From Octopus sinensis (Eukaryota): DNA of 64,000 nt. This document shows positions 23,701 through 36,456 of this stretch, in pieces; the stretch's first letter is position 1, and the number at the start of each line of letters is the position of its first letter. Made by a program: the position numbers and the translations under genes. A model generated the notes under the pieces. That model saw only the letters and a program-made list of their open reading frames with translations, ran no database searches and was not told the origin of the DNA. The stretch is from assembly GCF_006345805.1 (NCBI RefSeq), contig NC_043002.1:109616001-109680000 (forward strand). The letters are read 5' to 3'.

Positions 23701-26700
23701 ACATTGCATGTATCTGGCGAGTGGCATTTGCGGGACCTAACTTTTGGAAAGAGGGAAAAAGTTGCAAGGAGCAAGGCCTGGACAGGTGCATCATTGTGGT
23801 GGACTTGCCACTCACCGGACACATGTGATGATCACACACTTCCAAGCACTTTTTTATATACAATGGAAGTGAGCAAGAGCGTTAGAATTTAGTATGCCTG
23901 TGCGACAGGGTTCAAGATCAATGTGTGCCACGCAGCTTCACTCTGAGTACTTTATTTCGGTTACCATAGTAAAAGTCCTGATACTTTTGATCAGACCTCA
24001 TAAACACACAAACATATACACATGCATACATACACACATCACAAAGATAACATTTATTTCTTTATTAACCACAGAGGGCTAAACATAGAGGGGAGAAACA
24101 AGGACAGACAAAGGGATTAAGTCGATTAGAGTGACCCCAGTGCATAACTGGTACTTATTTAATAGACCCTGAAAGGATGAAAGGCAAAGTTGACCTTGAT
24201 GGAATTTGAACTCAGAACGCAACGGCAGACGAAATACTGCTAAGCATTTCGCCCGGCGTGCTAACATTTCTGCCAGCTCGCTGCTTTAAATATTTATTTC
24301 TTTATTGCCCACAGGGGGCTAAACATAGAAGGAACAAGCAAGGACAAAAGGATTAAGTCAATTACACTCTAGTGCGTAACTGGTACTTATTTAATAGACC
24401 CTGAAAGGATGAAAGGCAAAGTTGACCTTGGCAGAATTTGAACTCAGAACGCAATGGCAGATGAAATACCGTTAAGAATTTTGCCCGGCGTTTTAACGAT
24501 TCTGCAAGCTCACTGCCCTATCCTGTCTGAAATATTACAAAGGATAATATTAAATGTGTTGACAACATATTCTTAGCAACAACGTATCTCAAGAGAGTAT
24601 TTACTTTCCGCTTACCTACACACATACACAACTTGCAGCCCCTGCGGTTGGTTATAAAGCCGAAAGGACAACGCTTGTTGCAATGGATGTATGGACACGT
24701 GTGACATTTGCAACGAAGACAACCATTTCTGGTGCGCTTGTAGCCGAACTTACAGCGGCGCTTACATGAAGTGATGGCAGGACATTTAGAGGGAGCTGCG
24801 GCACATTTACAGGTCTGGCGGTTCTTTTCATCCACTTCGTAACCATATTTACAGGAAATGGAACAATTGTCTGAGAATGAAGAGAGATATTAATTAAATA
24901 TAATAATTATAGCATAGATGATATAGTAACAAGATAATGAGTGCTAAAATATATGAAATGAATGAAAGGATGACAGATGGGGAAGGACAATAAGGGAAAT
25001 CAGTTTCTTTGTAAGATGTTACAATAGGTTAAATTGAACTGGTATTACTGGTACTTCTGACTCCAGCTCTGATAAATAATTTGAATCAGAAAACAGAAGA
25101 ACAAGATGTAATTCTACATGGTGCAATGGGTAAATTGTCACTGCTTTATATTTTTAATTTTGTGCATTGTTTGTTTTTGATTTTGTTGACTACACAGTAT
25201 AGTAGGGTCAGTTGGGCACCGTCTGTGAGAAAAACACCAACATGACGCAATTGACTCTGCCAGAAATTTGGAAACGACGTGCTGTACTGCTTGCTTGACA
25301 TTTGCGCTGGAAGCTCTAATACAAACAGATCGTGAACACACAGAACAACCGTTGGCTTGCCGTGTCCCCAAAACATGTACTGAGAGTGATAGAAATCAAA
25401 CATCCAGTCAACATCATAGCATTTGGAGTGATCACTAGTGATGGTGACGTTATGCTTCCAATCACTTTCCCCACAAGGCCTCAGACTCAACACAGAGGCC
25501 TACATCAAGTGCCTGGAGAAGGTAGTGCTGTTCTGGGTCAAGAGGGTGGCTGCTGGAAGACCCTATGTCTGGCAACGGGACTCTGCACCATACCACACAA
25601 GCAGAAGAACCCAGTCATGTCTGTCAGACAATTTCTGCAACCACATCTTCCGTAACATTTGGCCACCTAACTCCCCTGACTGCAGCCCCCTTGATTATTA
25701 TATGTGAGGCATGGTTGAGCGAGAGACCAACAAAACCCCTTGTAACACCAAAGATGAACTGAAGGCAAGGATTACGGCAGCATTCACCAACTTAAACAAG
25801 GAGACTGTCCAGAAGAGTTACAGGAGATCCTGAAGTCGTCTGGAGGCTGTGGTTGAAGCCAATGGTGATTTTACTGAATAAATTTACTCTTTAGTATTTC
25901 AAGATATTTTTATGTAATTTTGGTGAATATATCTGTTAAAACAAGCTTCTTTTATTCTTTTAATTGTTTCAGTCATTTGACTGTCACCATGCTGGAGCAC
26001 TGCCTTTAGTCGAACAAATTGACCCCAGGACTTATTCTTTGTAAGCCGAGTACTTATTCTATTGGTCTCTTTCACCAAACCGCTAAGTTACAGGAATGTA
26101 AACACACCAACATTGGTTGTCAAGCGATGGTGGTGGTGGGGAGACAAACACTGACACAAACATATACATAAAAATATAAATATATGTCGGGCTTCTTTCA
26201 GTTTCCGTGAACCAAATCCACTCACAAGGCTTTGGTTGACCTGATTCTATAGTAGAAGACACTTGTCCAAGGTGCCATGCAGTTGAACTGAACCTGGAAC
26301 CATGTGGTTGGTAAGCAAGCTACTTACCACACAGCCACAGATGTCAGTGTTATTTTCATTTTTGCGAAATTTAGATGACAGTTTGTTCATCACACTCTGA
26401 ATATATTTGTGAGATGAGGAATCTGTATCATGGACACTGTTTCTATTAGTTACACTGGTGCCCTTCCCATCTTGATTGTGGCTTTCACTATGTTTCAGCT
26501 GTTGTATGATCCAATCTTCTCCAGACATGGCACCAAGGTTAATTCACACAAGAATCAATTGAAGCAAGAAATATCATGAAACACAGAGACTGGAATGAGA
26601 ACAGTAAAACCCGGTGGATCAAATAAAGGGTTAAGTTTGATTGGCTGGATGTGTAATGTCAGTGTGCACACACGACAGAGTGTAAGCGCCCTGAGAGAAA

Positions 26701-29700
26701 TGTTGGACATGAGAAGCATCAGATGTGGCGTGCAAGAGAGACATTTGCGTTTGTATGGTCATGTACAGCGGATGGATGAGGAGAGATGTGTGAAGAAGTG
26801 CCACTCCCAAACAGTGGAAGGAATCCGGGGTAGAAAGAGACCCAGGAAGACATGGATGACCTTCGAACGTTGGGCCTCACAGAGGCAATGATGAAAGACC
26901 GAGACCTCTGGAGATATGCTGTGACTGGGAAGACCCAGCAAATAAAGTGAGTTCACAGCTCTAACCTACACCAGTGTCGCATAAACAGCCCACTCAAAAG
27001 GTTACTTGGATCGTAGGGCGATATGCTGTGCTTGAGGAGACCTATTGAGTCAAGTACATCATAATCAAAAGGAAATGGAAATTGTAGTTGTGATTCCCGT
27101 GCCGGTGGCATGTATAAAGCACCAACCGAGCGTGGCCGATGCCAGTGCCGCCTTGACTGGCTTCCGTGCTAGTGGCATGTAAAAAGCACCGTCCGTTTGT
27201 GGTCGATGCCAGCCTCCTCTGGCCCCTGCTGCTGCTGCTGATGACGATGATGAAGTTGATATTGATGATGACGATGATCGTGGTGATGATGATGCTGATG
27301 TTGATGATGATGATGATATTGATGATGATAGTTTAGTTGATGACGATGCTGTTGATGCTGCTGAAGTTGATGATGATGGTGATGGTAATGGTAATATAGC
27401 CCTCATATCACCCAAATAACACAAACTTTATTTATAGTGTAAGGCTTGATCAGAAGAAGAAGAAGAAGAAGAAGAAGAAGACCAGCGACAGAAGGAAGAC
27501 AGGGATCTTCTGACTGGAAACGGGGTGAAAATGCTTGCAACAACAAACTGGACTCCATTAAAGTTACTCAACAATTATGCGTGTGTGTGTGTGTGTGTGT
27601 GTGTGTTAAATAAAGTTACAGATTGAATTTACCTGGCTTTCACACAGTTTTTACCAAATTTGCTCAAAAAGGCATCAATAACCTAAAGAACCAGTCAAGT
27701 AATTGGCTGATGTAATTAATTAATTAACCCTACACACCAGCTGGCTTTGTTTCTGAATTAGAAACAATTATCAGAAAGAGCTGTTCTTCACTCCTGCTCC
27801 AGAGCGTCGGCTGCGGGGTCATTCTGAAAAGCTCTATCTGCGACGATTTCATCTCAATCGAAGGAGAGGAGCTTTCTCTGTCTGGGTTGCGGATCCGTGG
27901 AATAAGCTGCCAGATGAGATGGTGAAGATGCAGACGACTGCTCGGTTCAAAGTCTCCCTTGACCTCAAGTGGCCTGAACTCTTTACATGAACACCACCCT
28001 GTACATAACTCTATGTCCCCCTACATGGCCTTGCTTTTTGCCTTTTGAGCCAAAAAATTAACTAACTCACTAACTAACTTATAATTATAATTATAATTAT
28101 AAGGCGGTGAGCTGGCAGAAATGTTACCACACCAGGCCAAATGTTTAGCAGTATTTTGTCTGTCCGTACTTTCTGAGATCAAATGCCACCAAAGTTGACT
28201 TTGCCTTTCATCCTTTTGGGGTCGATAAATTAAATACCAGTTGTGGGTTGATCTACTCGACTGACCCCCTCCCCCAAAAAGTTTCAGACCTTGTGCTTAG
28301 AGAAGAAAAGAAATAACCCCACACACAAGCTATCTTTGTTTCTAAATTAGAAACAATTGGCATTATAATTTCAGACCTTGTGCCTTTAGTAGAAAGAATT
28401 ATTGCCTCTGCCATCGCAAAAGTGGAGGTATTGTTTTCAGTTGCGTTTGTTTGTTTGTTTGTCTGTGGACAAGATATCTCAAGAACTGCTGGATGGATTC
28501 AGATGAAACTTTCAGGGATGTTTGGCCTTGTGACTGACACAAACTGATTCGATTTTGGGATTGATCCGGTACTGAACAAAGATTCTGGTTTATTTTACCG
28601 TTTTTTTTTTTACTTAATTTTTGAGAGTGATCAGGTTCATTTTTAGTATTCTCATTTGTGAGAGCAGTCGAGCTTCTTTCAGATATTCTCATTTTAAAAA
28701 TCATCTCCAGGATGTTGATGTTGCTTTGGCGGAGTTTTGTGCTCTCTGAGTGCTCTTGTTGTTGTTGTTGTTGCTGCTGCTCTTCTTCTCCTCCTCCTTC
28801 TTCTTAATAAGGTGGTGGTGACGTGGCAGAATTGTTAGCATGCTGAGTTCAAATCCCACTGAGATCAACTTTGCTTTACATCCTTTCAAGGTTGATAAAA
28901 TAAATACCAGTTGAACACCAGGGGTTGATGTAATCTACTTACCTCCTCCTCCTCCTCCTCTGAACTTGCTGGCCTTGTGCCAAAATTTGAAATCATTATT
29001 ATTATTATTTATTGTTTTTGCACAACTTCTAACGCTGGAGATGTACTACGGTGCCAGCTGTTCACTATGAGTGAACGAAGGTAACACCTCTTATTTTTTG
29101 AGAACCTTCCAGAGTATTTGAGTGGTTCCAAGTAGTGTTTTTTTTTTTCTGCAAGGGCTCTACCCTTATTGCAGCCCCTATTTGTTCCATGTACTTCTCA
29201 AAAAAAAAAAAAAAAAAAAAAAAACTTGAAAATCCCACCCAAATTATTATTATTATTATTAAGGTAACGGGCTGACAGAACCATTAGCATGCTGGCAACA
29301 AGCTTAGGCAGCATTTCATCCATTGATTTTATATTCTGAGTTTAAATGCTGCAGGGTTTGGACTTTGCCTTTCATCCTTTTGGGGTTGATAAAATAAGTA
29401 CCAGTTGAGTACTGGGGTTGATATAATCAACTTACTCTCTCCCCTGAAGTTGCTGGCCTTGTGCCAAAATTTGAAATCATCATCATCAATGACAATGATG
29501 ATGATGATGACGACGATGATGATTTTTAATAATAAGGTTGCAAAATTTGGGAGGAGGAAGTTCAGTCACTGATATTGAACTCAGCATAAGACTGGTTGTT
29601 TATTTGACCAACTCTTGAAGGAAGAAAGGCAAAATGGACCTTAATGTGGTTTGAACTCAGAATATAGAGTTAGAAAAAAATACCACAACAAGGTATTTTG

Positions 29701-29726
29701 TTCAACACTCTGCTGATAGCAATAGC

Positions 29727-29823
<97 letters not shown>

Positions 29824-32800
29824 GGATAATAACGATAGATAATAGCAACTAAATCAGGGTTTTAATAAAGAAAAGGAAAAACAAAAACAAAAAGAGAAAC
29901 AAACAACAAATACTTTGCAGGTAGGAAGAATGACAATAATGAGAACTTACTCTCACAGACTGGACAGCACTGTCCTGGGACACTTCGGGCATTCGGACAG
30001 CGAACGGAACACATTTCTGTCTGACATTCAACAACACCATTATTACATCGACATGACAAACAACCTTCTTCTTTCCATGTCTCAGAATTCTTGTAAAGTC
30101 TGTCACCATTCATACAACCTTCGGTGAGGAATAATTAAATAATTACATGTCAAATTAGAATTATTAATTTATTACTGACTATAGCCTTAATTTATTACAG
30201 TCCCATGGCGGTAAATTACTGAAGGAATGTTACTTATTTTATTGACCCCAGGATGCTGAAAGTCACAGTCATTGAGATTTGAACTTGGGATACAAAATAA
30301 GCTAATCAAATAAAAATCCTTTCTATTATAAGCACAAGGCCTGGATTTTGTGGAGATGGGGATTGTTGATTACATCGACCTCAGTGATCCACTGGTACTT
30401 AATTTATCAATTCCAAAAGGATGAAGGGCAAAGTCGACCTCAGCGGAACTTAAACTCAGAACACAGCAATGAGCGAATACTGCTAAGCATTACGTCCAGT
30501 GTGCTAAAAAGTCTGCCAGCTTGCTGTCTTAATCTAATTGAATAATACCATCATCTGTCTTAGACACAAAGGGAAGGGAAACAGTCAGATGTATCAACCC
30601 TAGTACATGTCATGGCACTTCGTTGGTTACGATGACGAGGGTCCCAGTTGATCTGATCAACAGGGTAGCCTGCTCGTGAAATTAACGTGCAAGTGGCTGA
30701 GCACTCCACAGATATGTGTACCCTTAACGTAGTTCTCGGGGAGATTCAGCGTGACACAGAGTGCAATAAGGTTGGCCCTTTGAAATACAGGTACAACATA
30801 AACAGGAAGAAAGAGTGAGAGAATGTTGTGGTAAAAAAGTACAGCAGGGTTCACCACCACCCCTGCCATAGCCTCGTGGAGCTTTAGGTGTTTTCATTCA
30901 ATAAACACTCACAATACCCGGTCTGGGAATCGAAACCGCGATCCTACGACTGAGTCTGCTATCCTAACTACTGGGCCATTATGTCTCCACAGTACAGGTA
31001 AAGTGAAGAATCTTCCCAGTCATATAGAATCATGATGCTGGTCTCCTGGGTTCTATGGTGTCCCCACCTGGATGGAACACTGGTCTGTTGCAGGAATACT
31101 CAGTTTTACCAGCTGAGTTGGCTGGAGCAATGTGAAATGAAGTGTTTTGCTCAAGAACATAACGGGTCGCCCTGTACAGGAATTGAAACCACAATCTTAC
31201 GATCTCGAGTCCAACACCCTAACCATTAAGCCATGCACCTACACCCTAATACATGACTGGTGCTTTATTTTATCGACCCTGAAAGGAAGAAAGGCTAAGT
31301 TGATGTAACCAGGATTTGAGCTCAAAACACAAAGAGTGTAAAAAAAGGATTTAAAAAATATTTCTGGGACCTAAATGATGCTAAAAATAGCAGTAATTTC
31401 CCTCAGATTGTACCCTAAGAGGAAAGATACATTGGATAATGTAGACTCAGATAATCAAAGCTTTATTTCCCTAAAGTCTTATTTTTTTTTCCTGAATATA
31501 ATCTGGAGAAATTGATTGCATCAAATATATCCCTGTGTCTTTTATGCCATCAACTATGGTAACTAAATACTTCCAGGAATTTAATCCATTTCTCCAATGT
31601 TACAGATAAAGGCATTTCCTCTGCTACTCTATTGCGCAGCAGACAAAAGATCTTTAGCTGCATTAGGAAACAGCAGCCAAATCTCCCTCAAATCACACCA
31701 TTCTTTTGAAAAAATAAGACATACAGAACAGTGTAGTCTTTGATATACAAAAAGGCAAGAGGGTCATGGTTAGATTACTTTTGATTATGGCTGATCTGCT
31801 GAACTTCTATGTGGTCCTTTAACCTGCCAAAACTAGAATGTAAACCTCCTACAAATTACACCCTGTATTTGATCTTCTGCTTGTTTCAGTCTGTAGCCAT
31901 GTTTGGGCAACCCCTCGAAGGGTTTTAGCTGAATGGATTGACCATCAGAACTAATATTTTCTGAAGTCTGGTGGTACTTATGGTATTGGTCTTTTCTTTT
32001 TTTAAAATCAAACTGCTAAGTTATGGGGACATAAAAAAAACTAATACTGGTCATCAAACACTGGTAGGGGTCAAACACAACACACACACATGATTACATG
32101 ATGAGCTTCCACCTAGTTTCTAACAACCAAATTTATTCACAAGGCATTGGCGACACTTGCTCAAGGTGCCATATAGCGGGACTGAACTCGAAACCATTAG
32201 GTTGCAAAGCAAGCTTCTTAAGCACACAGCCATGCCAGTACCTATCATTTAATATATATTAAGCAAAGACAGCCATAGCTGGAGAGGCTAGCTCTGAGTG
32301 ATAAGTTATACATACCTTTGCAGACAGGACAGCACTGTCCTTGCGGGACGGTCATCCAACCACACTGGAGGGGCTTACACTTCTCCTTCTGACAAGAGAT
32401 TAGACCATTGTTACAGCTGCACTTGGTGCAGTTGTCATGCTTCCATTCAGCAAGATGTTGGTAGATTCTTCCATCAGAAAAACAAATGTTCCCTAAAGAA
32501 GGAAAGAAGTGGGGGCGGGGGAGTGGGTGAGAGAAGAAGAAAGAGAACAAAAAATGTATAAATACAAACAAAAAAACATTGCAAAAATATATTTTATTGT
32601 TTGTGGGAGAGGTACAGCTTTCACTTTCTTTTGAATATACATCAAAGCTTTGGTATGTTTATGTGTGTGAGTGTGTATATGCACCTGCCTATATGTGTGT
32701 GTGTATATACATGTGTCTGTGAGTGTATTTGAATGAGTGCAGGTGTGTAAACACCCAGTTTTCTACACAAAGTCATGTAAACACACAAACCTCTACATGT

Positions 32801-34213
32801 ATTACAATAATTAACTTGCTCCAGATAAACACAGATGTGCTGGTGCCACATGTAGAGCCCCCATGCTGGCACCATGTGACACCAGCACCTGCGCTGGTGT
32901 CACATAAAAAGCACCCAGTCCACTGTGTAAAGTGGTTGGCATTAGGAAGGGTATCCAGCTGTGGAAACTATGACATAACAGACAATTGAAGTCTGATGCA
33001 GCTCTCTGGATGGCCAGCTATTGTCAGACTCATGCCAGCATGGGAAACGGATGTTAAATGATGATGGTGATGATGATGATATATACACACAAATGCATAC
33101 CGTAAATCCTCGAGTATAGTCCGCCCTTGAGTATAACACGCCGGGGATTTTTAGGGGGCTGTACCTCTGAAAAACCTAAACCTTGTGTATAATACGCACC
33201 CCTTCTCTAACTTGAGTCAAGGAGGTCTATATAACGTCCTTGGTTTGTAAAAATGTATATGGTAATGTCCTTTATTATTATTGTATATATAACACAATGC
33301 AAACGTGTAGCTTTTTTGTGCATTTTGTTTGCAGAAAATAAAGAAATAACAGTAATAACGTTTAATAAATGTTGCTTACTGCAAGTTATGGATGATTCTT
33401 TTATGACTTCATTGCTTTCAGGCTTAGCTTAAGGTATTTTCACCCCCGACATCACAAAATGCGTCTGAATAAACATTGCCAGACAGCAAATAGAGACTCG
33501 GACATTGTTTAGAAAATAATTTTCATTTTTAACCTCGTATATAGTACGCACTAGGGATTTTGAACTTTAAATTTTGGGGAAAAAATGCAGATTATACTCG
33601 AGGATTTACAGTACTTGTATTTTACACACATTATCAGATCAGGTCTCCTGCCCCTAAATAATTCACTATTTTGATACCTGGCTTTCTATGGCTCCTTGCG
33701 TAATGTAACCATTAGTTAGAATAGACAGGCAGAAGTGAGGGCGCTTTTCTCTCGGAAGACCAGAAAATATCATGAGTTATGGCCTTTCTCCTGTGACAAC
33801 CACCACCAAAACACACACACACACAAAAGTGCAACACCTGGAATGCCTCAACTTACCATTACAAACTGGACAACATTCCCCAACAGGAATCGTTACCCAT
33901 TTACACTGCAAGCTTCTGCATGTCTGCCGCTGGCAATACGTCAGGCCATTCTTGCAGCTGCATTTGGTGCAGTTGTCCAGTTTCCACACATCTCCATGTT
34001 GGTAGGACTGACCACGAGAAAAACAGCTGTTCTCTGTCACAACACGAAAACAGAAGAGGGTTAGAAGGGGGTTAAAGAAGGAGTTAGGGGAGAGTTCAGA
34101 AGGACTGGGGGGGAGGCACCTAAACACATGTGGGTGTGGGTGTACTACTACAACAGACCATGTATACTATCACACACAAACACATACACCACCTCTGACT
34201 GCTGCTGCTGCTG

Positions 34214-34247
<34 letters not shown>

Positions 34248-34269
34248 AACTTCTACTACCACCACCACG

Positions 34270-34316
<47 letters not shown>

Positions 34317-36422
34317 CTAAGTACCACAAACTACTACACACACATAGACTATCACAAACCACCACATACATGTATACATACACCAACCTCCAACTGAATC
34401 AGTGAGGGACAGCTACATGGCTGCTGATCAGCTAGAAATGGCAGTCAAATCTCCTTCAAATCACACCTGCTGCTTTAAAAAAAAGGGTACCTTGGACAAT
34501 TAGATGATAGATATATAAGTTGGGATGGGCATGAGTAGACTGTAGATTATAAACCTACACAGTGAGAGCTAACCTACAGCTAGCTCCAACCTCCTCTTTT
34601 TATGGAATTGTTTCATATACTTACTGTTAACACATTTGAATTTATCACAGCAGGAACCAGGCTGGTGGGTCGCCTTCTCCACCACCTCAATTCTAAAGTT
34701 TTGAGAGCATTCAACAGCAGGGCACCTGTCTCTGTGCTGGCACTGGCACCTGAAACAAGGACAAAGAAAAGAGAGACAGAGTGAGATATGATATGTAATA
34801 TTATATTAAACTGATCACACACACACACACACACAAAGTGACAACCACATACAGATATAAAAACACAAACATAGACTCAATACTTACACAGATTCAGCAG
34901 AACAACAGCCATCCTTGCTGAGTTTTTTCACCATGTTGACACTGTCCTTGGGACAAGATTTTGGCTTAGGGCATTTCACCAGCGCACAATTTTCTGGAAG
35001 AAAAAAGAATCTACATATTTGTACTTTTAAGTAGAGAATAATGAAAATAAGGGCCGTATGAGGGGAACTACAAAGAAAGGACAAAGAAGAGGTGTACGAC
35101 AGGGAGTAGATAGGACGGTAGACAAGAGGTATGGGAGAAGCATAAGACCCTTGCTCAAGGTGCTGTGCAGTGGGGCTTAAACCCAAGATCACATGGTTGG
35201 CACACAAGCTTCTTAACCACAGAGCCACACCAATATTTTTCTATAGATGTAAAATCTTTGTTAACTGATCAAGCAGGTTTGAATAGAATATACTCTACTG
35301 ATGAGGTATGGTGGACCAAAACATGTCCATAGTTATCTACCATGCTGCAGTTTCCACTAAGCTATGTAAATTAATTTGGCAAAATAAAGTCTTCATTTAA
35401 AAAGAAAATTATAATTCTTTTTTCTTTGGGAATTGCTAACAATGACCACTAGGTCTTTGTTTTCTTCCTCCAACTAAAAGAGGACACTTCAATAAAAAAA
35501 TTTTTGGCATCCAACATGAAATACCTCCACCCCCACCCCTTAATTTAGTTACCATAGTAACAGGCAAGAAAATGATGCTGGTCAGAAGAAAGAACCTCAA
35601 TTGAACCAACTGATAATTTATTGGTAAATTAAGACAACAGGGACCTAAATGGCAGTACAGTGTGATAGGTAATGGTGGCAGCCAGCGGTCAGTCCATCCA
35701 GAAAGCAGTTGGTAGGAAAATTCTTCAAGTCTCGTAAGTTATCTTTTCAGTCTTTTTAAAACTCTTTTATGCATGTGTATGGGAGTAACTGTTCCTATAT
35801 AGCTATTCTACGTTCTGAGTTCAAATCCCGCCGAGGTCGACTTTGCCTTTCATCCTTTCGGGGTCGATTAAATAAGTACCAGTTACACACTGGGGTCGAT
35901 GTAATCGACTTAATCCGTTTGTCTGTCCTTGTTTGTCCCGTCTGTGTTTAGCCCCTCGTGGGTAGTAAAGAAATATATATATAGCTATTCATATGTTAGT
36001 GCATGTATCATCATCATCATCATCATCATCATCATTTAATGTCCATTTTCCATGCTGGCAGGGGTCGGACAGTTTGACTGGGTCTGGAGAGTCAGATGGC
36101 AGCACCAAGTTCCAATCTGATCTGACAGTGTTTCTACAACTGGATGTCCTTCCTAACACCAACCACTCCGAGAGTCTAGTGGGTGCTTTTTACGTGCCAC
36201 CGGCATGGGAGCCAGTCAGGTGGGCCTGGCATCGATTACATTCAAACAAATAGTGCCTTTTAAGGTCCACTGGCATGGGAAGCCGGTCAAGGGCTACTGG
36301 CATCAGCCACGTTTGGATGATGTGTTTTACATGCCACTGGCATGGGAGACAGTCAGGCAGTCCTGGCATACACACACACACATAATCATTATCATTTAAA
36401 ATAGTTTGATTAGACTCAGATA

Positions 36423-36456
<34 letters not shown>

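Noticed and set aside
26247-26528. ORF MSGEDWIIQQ... as the missing antistasin exon
   Set aside because: Not Cys-rich in the unique part, no good splice sites, and it runs into a SINE.
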